Source: a virus (lineage: Duplodnaviria; Caudoviricetes). From it: 50,512 bases of DNA. How positions within the stretch are numbered: position 1 is the first letter of the stretch; each line of letters opens with the position of its first letter. The notes under the pieces are model-generated. The model was not told the origin of the DNA, did not search any database, and saw only the letters and a program-made list of their open reading frames with translations. This document shows positions 26,000-35,897 of the stretch, in pieces. The translations under genes were made by a program, and so were the position numbers. The stretch is from the IMG/VR virus record IMGVR_UViG_3300038365_000119, positions 1 through 50,512 of that record; one strand, written 5' to 3'.

Positions 26000-27054
26000 T
26001 ACAGAACCTGCGCCACGAACCAGCTATTGACTTCATGGGGGACGGTCAGCGGCTTGCTGTTGATCTGGAGGAAGCGGCGGTCCGGGCGGCGCTCAATCCA
26101 TGTTTGCGGAACCCTGTTTCCCTCTACGGTGACAAAATTCCCGCTCTTGTCGTCAAGGATAGTCACCGCGCCGTAATAGATGGAGTAATCCGCGCCGGTG
26201 GAAAGCAGGGCAAGCGTCCCGTCTGGAACAAGCGGCTTCTGCTCCGGTGCTTCCGGGTCGGTCCAGTCGTCAAGATACCATTCGTTGTATTCGTACAGGT
26301 CCAGCCCCAGCTTGTTGATCGTGCCGATGTAGGTAACGCCGTTCGGAAGCTCGCGGGGCTTCACCGCCGCAAGGTCATAGGCTTTCGTGTCAAGAAGCTT
26401 CTGCACCTTTGCGTTATTCACAAAAGCCGCGGAAACGTCGCTTGCCATAATGCAGACGTTGCAGTTTACGAACCCCTCTTTCTGAACGGCTTTGCGCCAG
26501 CGTTCAAGGTCCGCCAGCGGGTCTGCGGTCGCCGCTCCCCATTTCAGGGTGTCGGTCACAATGGTTTCTTTGTTTGTGAAGTTGAAGTCGATCACTTCGT
26601 TCAGTCCCTCGCCGATAATGGGAATCTGCCCGGTGAAAATCGCCGTCGCCGCCATCCATTCCTCGCGGCGCACGATCATTTCGGTAAGCTCGCTGAAATC
26701 TTCGGCCAGCTTTTCGACGGCGCGTTCCGCCGGGGTTCTGCCGCTGTACGGATTTTCGCCCGCGGACCGCTCCAGCAGGTCGTCAACGGTCGTGATTTTG
26801 TTCGGGGCAACCAGCACCGGGGTATAGCTCTTCGTCTGATAGCCGCGGTTCGGAACGGTTTTCCCGCCGATTTTGGGATGCACGAAAGGCGCAAGCGCGC
26901 GGTTTCCTTTTTTGAAATCAACGTCAACGCTCTTCGTCGGGAACGTGCGCACGTTTTTGAAAAACGTATCGCGGAAAAAAGTGTGGACCGGGGGCATACG
27001 GGTAATCAGTTTCCCCATAGTGCGCGGTTCATAAAGGTTCGTATTGATAGCCAT
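25999..27054 (-). CDS. Major capsid protein (lambda E family)
   Basis: TFFRDTFF, GNRALAPFVHP, IVRREEWMAA, SKPLTVP. Confidence 0.9.
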   Translation of the reverse strand: MAINTNLYEPRTMGKLITRMPPVHTFFRDTFFKNVRTFPTKSVDVDFKKGNRALAPFVHPKIGGKTVPNRGYQTKSYTPVLVAPNKITTVDDLLERSAGENPYSGRTPAERAVEKLAEDFSELTEMIVRREEWMAATAIFTGQIPIIGEGLNEVIDFNFTNKETIVTDTLKWGAATADPLADLERWRKAVQKEGFVNCNVCIMASDVSAAFVNNAKVQKLLDTKAYDLAAVKPRELPNGVTYIGTINKLGLDLYEYNEWYLDDWTDPEAPEQKPLVPDGTLALLSTGADYSIYYGAVTILDDKSGNFVTVEGNRVPQTWIERRPDRRFLQINSKPLTVPHEVNSWFVAQVL

Positions 27055-27067
27055 TTTTTTATCTCCT

Positions 27068-27391
27068 TTACTTCAAAAAGATTCCCAGCTTACGAAAAGC
27101 CGGTTTCAGAGCTTCGACGGTTACGCCCTCCGGCAATACCAGCGCGTCGGCGAAAAATTCGCCTGTCAGGTAGCACACAACGCCGCCGTCTGTCGAATCG
27201 GCGGCGGCAATGCCGTACAGGTCCGCAAGGCCCTCCGCCGTCGCTTCCGTGATTCCCTCCGCCGTGGTGATGACAGGCGCGCGTCTGCGCACCGTTGCGC
27301 CGGTTTTTACCGCCGCCGCCTCTGTCACGACGGGATATTCCCCCGCAAACAGGTTTTCCGGGGTCGTTTGATCGCTGTTGATTTCATACAT
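27068..27391 (-). CDS. Head decoration protein (lambda D-like)
   Basis: PENLFAG...YLTGEFFADAL...RKLGIFLK; upstream of the capsid gene. Confidence 0.8.
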   Translation of the reverse strand: MYEINSDQTTPENLFAGEYPVVTEAAAVKTGATVRRRAPVITTAEGITEATAEGLADLYGIAAADSTDGGVVCYLTGEFFADALVLPEGVTVEALKPAFRKLGIFLK

Positions 27392-27405
27392 GGTCGTTTT
27401 CCTCC

Positions 27406-28536
27406 TTATTTCGCTGTGGGATACAGCTTGTCAATCGCCGCGTCGAAATCGTTCGCGCCGCTCTTGTCTGCCGCTCCCTCGTGCTGTGCGCCAGCTCCCT
27501 CTTTACCCGCGCCGCTGTCCTTTGCGTCGTCGTCGCGGGCGGCAAGGTAGTCCGCGCCCTGCTTCTTCTGCTCGGCGACAATCGCTTTTGCAACGTCGCC
27601 CGCGGCAATGGGGTTTTTGAATTTCGCGTCGTTCACGATATTTTCAAAGCCCGCAAGTGCCACGTCCTCGATGTCCTGAATGCGTTTGCGCTCTGCGGCG
27701 GTCACGTCTTTCGCAATCTGCGCCACAAGATCGGGGTAAGCCGCTTTCAGGTCGTCAACGGTCTTGATTTCCTTGTTTTCAGGCATGTTTTTTCTCTCCT
27801 TTTCGGTTTCGGTTTTGGTTGATGTATGTGAAAAACCGCTGTGCGTGTGGGCCGTACAGCGGTTTAACAGCGAAAGGGGCATATCCGGGAAACGGGTAAG
27901 GTCCAGCGCAACGCTGTTCACGACGATTTTTGAAGCGTTTTCGACGGTCGTTTCAGCATCTTCAAACATCAGCTTGTCGCAAAATCCGGCTTCAACTGCC
28001 TGTTTCCCGTCGTACCATGTTGCCGCCGCCATAATCGCGGTGATTTCCTCCGGGCTTTTCCCGGTTTTCAGGGCGTACCCGTTGACGATTGAATTGTTGA
28101 TGACGGTGATTTCTTCGATCATCTTTGCAAAATCGTCGTCCCCGTAGTACCCCGAAAGGCCCATCTTTGCCTTGTGAACCATGAACACGCCGTTTCCGGG
28201 AATCTCGATCACGTCGCCCGCCATCGCGACGATTGTCGCGGCGGAAGCCGCCCAGCCGTCGATTTTTACGATAATTTTTGCGGGATTGTCCTTTAACCGG
28301 GTGTAAATGGCGTTCGCGGCGAACACGTCGCCGCCTCCGCTGTTGATTCTTACGACGATAACGGGTACGTTCCCCAGCGCAATCAGTTCGTCGCTGAACT
28401 GCCGCGGGGTTACTTCGTCGCCCCACCATGTCGTGCTTGAAATGTCGCCGTAAAGAATCAGTTCCGGCGGCTGATCGTCTGCGGCGGCGCGGAAACTCCA
28501 AAAGTGCTTATTTTTCGGTTGCGTTATTGTCGGCAT
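27406..28536 (-). CDS. ClpP-like head maturation protease with scaffold C-terminus
   Basis: VRINSGGGDVFAA, IDGWAASAATIVAMAGD, FMVHK, TWYDGKQAVEAGFCD. Confidence 0.88.
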   Translation of the reverse strand: MPTITQPKNKHFWSFRAAADDQPPELILYGDISSTTWWGDEVTPRQFSDELIALGNVPVIVVRINSGGGDVFAANAIYTRLKDNPAKIIVKIDGWAASAATIVAMAGDVIEIPGNGVFMVHKAKMGLSGYYGDDDFAKMIEEITVINNSIVNGYALKTGKSPEEITAIMAAATWYDGKQAVEAGFCDKLMFEDAETTVENASKIVVNSVALDLTRFPDMPLSLLNRCTAHTHSGFSHTSTKTETEKERKNMPENKEIKTVDDLKAAYPDLVAQIAKDVTAAERKRIQDIEDVALAGFENIVNDAKFKNPIAAGDVAKAIVAEQKKQGADYLAARDDDAKDSGAGKEGAGAQHEGAADKSGANDFDAAIDKLYPTAK

Positions 28537-30040
28537 TTCCTTTGACCTCCTTCATGATTGCTTCTTCGCGTTTTAACTGCGCGGCGTTGCGGTAAAAATC
28601 GGACCCGTTCATTTCCGTTGCCTCGCGTTCACGGGTCGAAAATCCGTTTGAAACCCTCTTTTCCGCCGCCGTTACCTCCTGAACCGGGTTCAACAGACCT
28701 TGCGCCGGGCCGTTCCACTCCGCGCCGGTGAACGCTTTCCGGCGTATCGGGTCGGCAAAAAAGCCGGGCGCGGGGATTCTTCCCTTTGCCGCGGCTTCCG
28801 CGAACCACTCTTCATAAATCGGCTGGCAAAAATCGCTTGAAAGCCAAGTCCGATACATTCGAAACATCTTCCAAGCTTCCAGAAGTGCCCCCCTTGACGC
28901 GCTGTACGACGCGTTGAAGTTCTTTACCAGCAGTTCATAGGGGATTTCAAGAGCCGCCCCGATCTGCCGACAAATCGCAACCACAAATCCGTCAAACGCG
29001 GTGTTCGGTCGGCTGGGGTTCATGTCGTGCGCTTTTTCACCGTCGTTCAAATCAACAATCGCGCCGGGGGCAAGTTCAATCGTGCTGTTGTCGCCCGCGT
29101 CCACCTGATCTTCTTCCGGCACAATTTCCCCGAAAGCGCCGTCACTGGAAGCGGAATCTTTTTCGATGAACACCGTGAACATGCCCGACACAACCGCGGC
29201 GACAAGCTCCGCGTCCGTATACCGCCCCAACTGCTTCAATGCTTCTATGACGGGGGCAAGGAATGGAACGCCGCGGCGCTGTCCGATTCGCTCGCGGTTC
29301 ATAACGTGAAGCACGTTCCGCCGTCCGGTCTTTTCTCCCCACGCTTCAACTCGCGTCCATCCCGTTTCCGTCATTTCATAGGAAAGCGGGTGGTGCTTGC
29401 TGATATGGTAGGCGACAACCTCGCCGTCGTCGTTCGTTTCAACGCCGCCGACAATGTGCGGGTCTATGGTTCCGTTCGGATTGCATAGCCGGTCCGCTTC
29501 GATCAAATGAATGCGTAGGTCATACGGCATGTTGGCCCGCTTTGTCACCGGCAACGTTGCGATAACGTCGCCGCTCATAAGCCAGTTCAAGAAAGCGAGT
29601 TGCTGGAGTTCGTAAAAATTGTCCAGCCGCTCCAAATCGCAAGCGGGGGAATCAGCCCATAGCGCAAATTCCCGCTCGATCTTGCTTTCAAGCGCGCGCG
29701 CCTCTTCCTCCGGCATTCCCAAAGCCTCATAATCAATTTGACTTTTTAACTTTAGGCCGGACCCGACGACGTTTGTTCGGCACGTTTTCAGCGCGCCGGT
29801 CGCCAGCGGAACGCCCATGTAAAGATCGCGGGACCTCTGCCGCAAGGTCGAAAGATTGTCTTGTATGTCCTCCAGCGCGGAGCCTCCGCCGTAAAGCCAT
29901 CCCGCAAGCGACTTCTTCGTATGCGACGCGCCGTAGTTGCTGTACCCGCTGTCCAGTATTTCAAGTTTTCGCCGCGCCCCCGCTCGTTTCAAGGCCCTTT
30001 CGGGCGATATAGCGGCAATCGCTCGGTCAATAACATTCAA
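28508..30040 (-). CDS. Portal protein (lambda family)
   Basis: LRQRSRDL, ERIGQRRGVPFLAP, SYSASRGALLE, LLNPVQEV. Confidence 0.9.
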   Translation of the reverse strand: MNVIDRAIAAISPERALKRAGARRKLEILDSGYSNYGASHTKKSLAGWLYGGGSALEDIQDNLSTLRQRSRDLYMGVPLATGALKTCRTNVVGSGLKLKSQIDYEALGMPEEEARALESKIEREFALWADSPACDLERLDNFYELQQLAFLNWLMSGDVIATLPVTKRANMPYDLRIHLIEADRLCNPNGTIDPHIVGGVETNDDGEVVAYHISKHHPLSYEMTETGWTRVEAWGEKTGRRNVLHVMNRERIGQRRGVPFLAPVIEALKQLGRYTDAELVAAVVSGMFTVFIEKDSASSDGAFGEIVPEEDQVDAGDNSTIELAPGAIVDLNDGEKAHDMNPSRPNTAFDGFVVAICRQIGAALEIPYELLVKNFNASYSASRGALLEAWKMFRMYRTWLSSDFCQPIYEEWFAEAAAKGRIPAPGFFADPIRRKAFTGAEWNGPAQGLLNPVQEVTAAEKRVSNGFSTREREATEMNGSDFYRNAAQLKREEAIMKEVKGNADNNATEK

Positions 30041-30060
30041 ACCGCTTCACCGTCCTTTCC

Positions 30061-30303
30061 TCACAAATCGCGCGGGACCGCCCGCATGACGCGGTTTCTT
30101 CCGTGTCTTTGCCCGATGTTTTCAAGGCGGGCAACCTCGTTTTGCCAAAATTTTATTTGTTCCCTGATCTCTGAAAGGTTCGCTTTCGTCAGGCTCCGGG
30201 AACCGATCGTATAGCTTTGATGCGTCGTAACCTCCAATTCGGCGGTTAGCCATGCGTCAAGGTGCTTTTTTGCAATTTCCAGCCGCTCCGCTGTCTGTGG
30301 CAT
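30061..30303 (-). CDS. Head completion protein (gpW-like)
   Basis: QSYTIGSRSLTKANLSEIR; between terminase and portal. Confidence 0.7.
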   Translation of the reverse strand: MPQTAERLEIAKKHLDAWLTAELEVTTHQSYTIGSRSLTKANLSEIREQIKFWQNEVARLENIGQRHGRNRVMRAVPRDL

Positions 30304-32117
30304 TATGTAATCCCTCCGTTCGTTCTTCTGCCGCGCCTTTTATGCGGCGGGGCGGCTCCGCTTTCTTCCGGCTTCTTCAAAACTGGGTTTGTAATCTCCA
30401 GCGCGGCGGTGGCGTAATTCCGTATATCAAGCGGTTCGTTCCGCTTGATTCCGTCTTTTAACCTCCACACATATTGCGCCTTTCCTTTTTTGTAGGTCAT
30501 CACCATTTTTTCAGCGGTCAGGCCCTTAAAATATTCCTGCGTGTACCCTCGGTCCTTTTCCCGCGGGAAATGGCAGTAGTTCGGCCCCTCTTCCGGCACC
30601 GCCAGCCGCTGATAGGTGATCGCTTTCCCGGTGTCAACGCCGATTGTGAAAAGCGGTGTTTTGACGCTGTTTGCTGTGGACGGCTTGTTGTAATAGGGGA
30701 CCTCCGCGCCGCCTTTTCCTTTGATCGCCCAAACGCGCCGCGCCATGCGTTCTTTGCAGAATCGGTATACCTGATTGGTAAAGTGTCCGCCGGAATCGAC
30801 GCAAGTACAAATGATTTTCAGCCGCCGCCCGTCTGCCGTCGTGAACGTCTGCGAAAGAAACGTGTCCAGTTCATTCCAGACGGGTTTCAGCTTCAAATCT
30901 CCATAAATGACTTGATATTTGATTCCCCAATTTTCTTTGTCAACGCCCCAGCCGACAACCTCGGCTTCAAAGCGGTCGTCCTGCACGTCAACGCCAGCCG
31001 TCAGGACCAGCACTTCCTCCGGGACCTCGCAATTATATTTCTCTCTGCGTTTATACAGGTCGTCGGATTCAAGCTGTTCGCCCTCTTCCTCCCATGTTTG
31101 GCCCATCTCGGTATTGGTCCAGACCTTCAAAAGTTCGATGTTGCCTTTCTTTTTTTCCTCGTTCGCGGTGATGAACTTTTCGACGATTTCCCGCCACTCC
31201 ACGAACATGGAGGCAAGGGCGTTCAGGTGGAAGCCGCGAACCTTTCTTTCGGAGTGCGCGGCAACGTACTTTCCTTTTTGGAACTGTTCTTTCCACTCGG
31301 TTTCTCCCGCAACCGCTCCGCAATGCGGGCAAACACAAGTGATTTCGTTCAGGTTTTCTTTATCAAAAACGATGTTCGCCCATTCAAGCGGCGTGTATGC
31401 GCCGCAATTCGGGCAAGGAACGTTCCATTCCTCCTGTGTGCTGTGTTCGTACTCTACTTCGATTCGTGACGCTCCCTTGATCGTGGGGGTTGAAACGTAA
31501 ACTTCTTTCTTGTTCCAGAAAGTAGTAAGCCGTTTTTCCGCAAGCAAGAGGGGGTCGCCCTCATTCCCAGCCGTTGCAGGGTAAGCGTCGATTTCGTCCG
31601 CCAGCAGAATCCGGATGGGGCGGCTTCGCAATCCGGACGACGAATTAGCCCCCACTATCGTCACGTGCCCTCCGGGAAAAATCTTTTGAAGAATCGTGTT
31701 GCCGCTGTTCCGGCTTTTATCGTTTACCAGATTGCGCAAGGCCGGTGTATCTCGCAACATGGGCGAAAGTCTGTCCTTACTGAACGATTCCGCCATAGGC
31801 TGGACGTTCGGTTGCATAACCATGATCGGCGACGGGTCGTACTGCATGTAGTAGCCTATCGGGTTAAGAATAAAACCGTCCGTCTTTCCAACCTGCGCCG
31901 CGCTCATTACGACAATTTTTCTAATCCGTATGTCTGAAATTGCGTCCATGATCTCACGCTGGTATGGCGCTTTCGATGTCCGCCACCGCCCCGGCTCTGC
32001 CGACGATTCGGAGGATAAGCGGCGGTATTCGTCGGCCCATTCCGAAATTGTCATGTCTGGGGGAGGGGCAAGCACGGCAAAAATACGCTGAAAAAGGTTA
32101 ATCGTCGCTTTTTTCAC
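30303..32117 (-). CDS. Terminase large subunit (lambda GpA family)
   Basis: SAEPGRWRTSKAPYQREIMD, SAAQVGKT, LLADEID, VSTPT, LTAGVDVQDDR, RNEPLD. Confidence 0.93.
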   Translation of the reverse strand: MKKATINLFQRIFAVLAPPPDMTISEWADEYRRLSSESSAEPGRWRTSKAPYQREIMDAISDIRIRKIVVMSAAQVGKTDGFILNPIGYYMQYDPSPIMVMQPNVQPMAESFSKDRLSPMLRDTPALRNLVNDKSRNSGNTILQKIFPGGHVTIVGANSSSGLRSRPIRILLADEIDAYPATAGNEGDPLLLAEKRLTTFWNKKEVYVSTPTIKGASRIEVEYEHSTQEEWNVPCPNCGAYTPLEWANIVFDKENLNEITCVCPHCGAVAGETEWKEQFQKGKYVAAHSERKVRGFHLNALASMFVEWREIVEKFITANEEKKKGNIELLKVWTNTEMGQTWEEEGEQLESDDLYKRREKYNCEVPEEVLVLTAGVDVQDDRFEAEVVGWGVDKENWGIKYQVIYGDLKLKPVWNELDTFLSQTFTTADGRRLKIICTCVDSGGHFTNQVYRFCKERMARRVWAIKGKGGAEVPYYNKPSTANSVKTPLFTIGVDTGKAITYQRLAVPEEGPNYCHFPREKDRGYTQEYFKGLTAEKMVMTYKKGKAQYVWRLKDGIKRNEPLDIRNYATAALEITNPVLKKPEESGAAPPHKRRGRRTNGGIT

Positions 32118-32592
32118 CGTCCGCCGCCTCCTTTCCGAATGCGGTTTTGAAGTCTGAAAGCTCCAGCAACGCTTCGTCGATCTGTTCTTTCAACAGCTTA
32201 AAAATTTCCGCCTTGTCCGTCTTTTTACAGAGAATAGGGGAAAGCTTCGACGGAATCGCCATCAGCCTCGACTTGAAATTAACCAGCATGTTTTTCATCA
32301 CAATTTCAATATCTACCGCGGCGTGAAGCTGGTTTTCTTTCAACTGCAATTCGTATTCTTCGTTTTTCCTTTTGGCCCGGACAAGCTTCGCCCGCTCGGT
32401 GTTGTAGTCTATATTTTCTTCGCTTTCCGGATTCCGCTTGCGTAGGTAGTTGATGTAGCTGTGATTCGTTTCTATCAGATCATACAGGCCGGGGCGCTTT
32501 TCGGTGATAACTTTTTCGTCGCGCAACTGCCGGACGCGCCGTTCTGAAACGTCCAGAAATCGGGCAACCGCTTTAGAATCATAAAGTTTCAC
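32098..32592 (-). CDS. Terminase small subunit (Nu1-like)
   Basis: wHTH AVARFLDVSERRVRQL, ERAKLVRAK; overlaps the terL start. Confidence 0.75.
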   Translation of the reverse strand: MKLYDSKAVARFLDVSERRVRQLRDEKVITEKRPGLYDLIETNHSYINYLRKRNPESEENIDYNTERAKLVRAKRKNEEYELQLKENQLHAAVDIEIVMKNMLVNFKSRLMAIPSKLSPILCKKTDKAEIFKLLKEQIDEALLELSDFKTAFGKEAADGEKSDD

Positions 32593-32733
32593 GCCCTCAC
32601 CCCTCTAACTGATTTTTTTAACACCCCTCCTTGAAAAAATTTCGGGTCGCTCGGAAGCGATAAAAAACATTTCATAGCTAATGAACCGCCGGGGCTCGCC
32701 GAACCCGCAAGCCGTCCACCTGCGTGGAAGAAC

Positions 32734-33561
32734 CTACCATTTTTCGGGTTTGTCGGGGTTCAGGTCAGGCATGAAATCGTCGTTTTCATCGTCGATCTCT
32801 CCTTTTTCGTTTACTTCATACGCTCCGATCAACCGTTGCTTCGCAAGATTGTACTTGCGTTCCTCCAGCCTCACCCTGCTTGATTCGAGTTCATAAGCCT
32901 TGATTGAATCCAGCAGTTTAATAATGCGCCCGTGTATTTTGTTTAACTCTGCTTCCAGCTTCATGGCACGGTCGAACGGGCTTGCTTTGATTACGGTTTT
33001 CATTGCTGTTTTATAGCGTTCGTCGGTCCCGTCAAACTCCGGAATGTCCTTGAAATCCTCTGTTTCCTTGCCGTCGTCGTCCCTTACGCGCGGGCGTGGG
33101 ACAAGCATTTGAACAACCTTGTCAACATAGAGCGCGTCAGCGTCGCCGTTTTCCAGCGTCCTGATCTTCTCGCGTAAATCCGTTTCCTTTGCCATCAGCA
33201 GTTGCAGTTCGTGAAGCATGTTCGCCTTTGTGTCAAGCGTCAGGCTTTCGATATATGCGCGTTGCTCCGGCGGCAGGTCCGCAAGATGCACGGTGGAATA
33301 GGCCCCGTGCGTTTCGGCATTCGCGTTCCCAAAAGGCGCACCCGCTCCGGCGGCGTTCTTGTTTCCCGGCTGTCCTCCGCGGCGGCGCTTTGAATTCTGT
33401 TCTTCAAGAGCCGTTTTCCACTTGTCCAAACTCTTCCATTTTCTAACCTGTTCCGGCTTCGCTCCGGCCTTTTCCGCAACCTCTTTCGCCGTGAGTTTTC
33501 CGCCTGAATCAAGCCATATTTCCCGTGCCTTGTCCCGCTCCGGGCTTCGCGCTCTCGCCAT
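32734..33561 (-). CDS. Terminase-small-subunit-related HTH protein
   Basis: MARARSPERDKAREIW..VRKWKSLDKW and GGQPGNKNA..GAPFGNANA motifs. Confidence 0.65.
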   Translation of the reverse strand: MARARSPERDKAREIWLDSGGKLTAKEVAEKAGAKPEQVRKWKSLDKWKTALEEQNSKRRRGGQPGNKNAAGAGAPFGNANAETHGAYSTVHLADLPPEQRAYIESLTLDTKANMLHELQLLMAKETDLREKIRTLENGDADALYVDKVVQMLVPRPRVRDDDGKETEDFKDIPEFDGTDERYKTAMKTVIKASPFDRAMKLEAELNKIHGRIIKLLDSIKAYELESSRVRLEERKYNLAKQRLIGAYEVNEKGEIDDENDDFMPDLNPDKPEKW

Positions 33562-33625
33562 GCACCCGCGCACCCCCTTTCGTTTGTTTTTCAATCTCCG
33601 CCGGGCGCGGCCCTCCGGAAGCGCA

Positions 33626-33760
33626 AAAAAGAACGAACCCTATTTCAAAAATAGAGTTCGTTTCAGCGTCCGTCAGGCCGGGAGGAACCGCCCTCGGAAC
33701 TGTTATGCTAACTTTTTACAATGCCAATTATAGCAGATAAAACAGGCAATGGGTGGCAAT
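33626..33760 (-). promoter_or_regulatory. Probable late promoter with ATTGCC direct repeats and a leader terminator
   Basis: ATTGCC x2 (33760-33745), TG-c-TATAAT (33732-33727), then hairpin gaaacgaactctattt..aaatagggttcgttc followed by T-run. Confidence 0.55.
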
Positions 33761-33766
33761 CTTAAT

Positions 33767-34237
33767 TCATTCCGGGAAACGGTAGTTTGCAATCATTCTG
33801 TTTGAAGTAAATCGCTTCGTCAGACGGTCAAGCGCGGTGTCACGGATATTCCTACATTGCCGGGGGCTGTAATGCGTTTGTTCCGAAATCTGTTCCCATT
33901 GTAGCCCCCGTATGTAAAAGCCTAAAATGACCGCTTTTTGATGATAATTCAGGCGGTTCAGTTCATGCAATATTTCCGACTTGATTTTTTCCAGCTTTCC
34001 GTTTTCGCGCTCCATCTCTCTGATCGTCCGCGACGCTGAACGGGGAATATGAAGAACGGTTGTTTCGACGGGGCTTGACGTTCCGCCTTTTCCGTGCGGC
34101 ATTCCGTCCATGTTGACGGCACCCACCGAATTGTAATACTGATCTTCAAGGTCATTTATAACCCGCTCGTTCAGACTGATTGCTTTATCTACGTCCCGGT
34201 AAAATTTCAATATTTCGATTGCCTTTCCCTTGTTCAT
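33767..34237 (-). CDS. Late transcriptional activator (RinA/ArpU-like)
   Basis: DGMPHGKG..SPVE and C-terminal FYIRGLQWEQISEQTHYSPRQCRNIRDTAL; last early gene before packaging. Confidence 0.75.
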   Translation of the reverse strand: MNKGKAIEILKFYRDVDKAISLNERVINDLEDQYYNSVGAVNMDGMPHGKGGTSSPVETTVLHIPRSASRTIREMERENGKLEKIKSEILHELNRLNYHQKAVILGFYIRGLQWEQISEQTHYSPRQCRNIRDTALDRLTKRFTSNRMIANYRFPE

Positions 34238-34261
34238 AAAGCCCGTTTCCCTCCCTTTTCG

Positions 34262-34609
34262 CTAAGGCGGTTTATACACTTTCCGGAATGGCCTCTGCCA
34301 CTCGAATAGCCTTATTTTTTCATGGTAAACCTGTTCTATTGTCCGCGCCCGGCTCCGCTCTGCTTTATGGCGACGGGCGCTTGAAACATTTCCGTGATTG
34401 AATATCCCACTTTTGCGCAACTGCTCGAAAGTTTTTCCGACTTCCTCAAACGCACTTTTTAACGATTCCGTGATCGTCTGCAACGCGTTGGAAATTCGGC
34501 TTGCCGCTTCTTCCATCGAAATTCCGGCTTTATCGGCAACTACGCAAACGATCTTTTGTATCCGCTCGCCGTACTCGTTCAGCGTTTTATTCAATTTTGG
34601 GCCGTCCAT
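34262..34609 (-). CDS. Hypothetical protein
   Basis: 115-aa ORF in the early operon. Confidence 0.55.
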   Translation of the reverse strand: MDGPKLNKTLNEYGERIQKIVCVVADKAGISMEEAASRISNALQTITESLKSAFEEVGKTFEQLRKSGIFNHGNVSSARRHKAERSRARTIEQVYHEKIRLFEWQRPFRKVYKPP

Positions 34610-34635
34610 CGGTTCACCCCTTTTTCAGCATATTT

Positions 34636-35865
34636 TTAGTCGCTCACTTCGCCGCAAAACCCTTGCGAAACATCGTCACACAAAAGCGTCAAGGTAAGGT
34701 TCTTCCAGTATTCAGCGGGGTACGTGCGGGATTCTCCGCGCGCGTCCTTTTGAAACTCCGCTTCCGCAAGCTCCCGCGCCTGTGCTTCCGTGCGGGCGAC
34801 GCAATATGCGCGAACGTTCCCGTCACCGATAAATCCGTTGTCTATGCGGTACATTTTCAGGGCTTCCGTGTTCTCTGCAATATCCGGCGGGGCAGGGGGT
34901 GAAAGTTCCGGGGCCGCTGTCGGCTGTTCCGGTTCCTCCGCCGTGTCCGGCGGTGCCTCCGTTTCTGATTCTTCGGTTTTTTCCGGCGGCTGTTCCGGTT
35001 CAGGTGTTGGCTCCGGCTCTGCTTGCTTTTCCGGTGCTGGCTGTGAAGCTTCCTGCGGCTGTACGGCGCGTGGCGGCTCTTCCGCTTGCGGCTGTTCCGG
35101 TTCCGCCCGCTCCGGGGCGGGTTCCGGCTTCTTCGCTTTTGCGTCCTTGATCGAAATTGTGCCGCTCTCCCTGAATTCTTCAAAAGCGGCTTGCTGAACC
35201 TCTTTAGACAACCCCGAAAGCTCATAGGCGGTCGAAATGTTTATGCGGTCCTGTTTCAATTCCTCCATGAACTCCGGGCAAAGATTGTTTATGATCGCGT
35301 CGTATCGTCCGATCTGCGCCGGGCTGGTGTTCAGAGCCTTTGCAACGTGCTTCCGCATATCTCCGGGTATTTTTTCCCGCTTTTTGATCTTCTCCAGCAG
35401 ATCGCGCGTTCTCCGCGTTTCCTCGATCTTGTCCCACGCCGTTTTCTCTCTTTGCGAATTTGCCGCTATCAGCATGATTTCTTCCCGTATGGCCTGAATC
35501 TCCGCGTCGGCCTCGTTTGCTTCAACTGTGCAAGGAACGAATTCATATTCCGGCTTTCCCTCTTCAACAAGGGCAATCGACGCAAGACGGCGGCGGTGCC
35601 CCGCTATGACCTTGTATTTTCCGCTGTCCATCGGTATGACGATAAGGTTTTGAAGCACTTTCCCTGCAAGCTCAATCTTGTTTTTCAGTTCTTCAATGTC
35701 GTTCATGGAATAAAAATTATCTTCCGATGGTACAAGGTCGTAAACGCTCAACATCACGATTTCACCAGCCGGGCGGCGGGCGGCAACGGGCGGCGCGCTC
35801 TCCCCGGAAGCCGCTCGCTTCGAAACATCGGTCAAAAGCTGATTCAAATTGAATTTTCCTGCCAT
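34636..35865 (-). CDS. parB: ParB-like partition protein
   Basis: LVPSEDNFY, LQNLIV, YKVIAGHRRRLA, HTH, Pro/Glu-rich tail; follows parA. Confidence 0.85.
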   Translation of the reverse strand: MAGKFNLNQLLTDVSKRAASGESAPPVAARRPAGEIVMLSVYDLVPSEDNFYSMNDIEELKNKIELAGKVLQNLIVIPMDSGKYKVIAGHRRRLASIALVEEGKPEYEFVPCTVEANEADAEIQAIREEIMLIAANSQREKTAWDKIEETRRTRDLLEKIKKREKIPGDMRKHVAKALNTSPAQIGRYDAIINNLCPEFMEELKQDRINISTAYELSGLSKEVQQAAFEEFRESGTISIKDAKAKKPEPAPERAEPEQPQAEEPPRAVQPQEASQPAPEKQAEPEPTPEPEQPPEKTEESETEAPPDTAEEPEQPTAAPELSPPAPPDIAENTEALKMYRIDNGFIGDGNVRAYCVARTEAQARELAEAEFQKDARGESRTYPAEYWKNLTLTLLCDDVSQGFCGEVSD

Positions 35866-35881
35866 GTGAAACGCCCCTTTC

Positions 35882-35896
35882 TGTCCGAATCGGACA
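35882..35896. promoter_or_regulatory. Perfect palindrome, candidate parS
   Basis: TGTCCGA-A-TCGGACA in the parA-parB gap; near copies at 7058-7072 and 19861-19875. Confidence 0.5.
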
Positions 35897-35897
35897 A

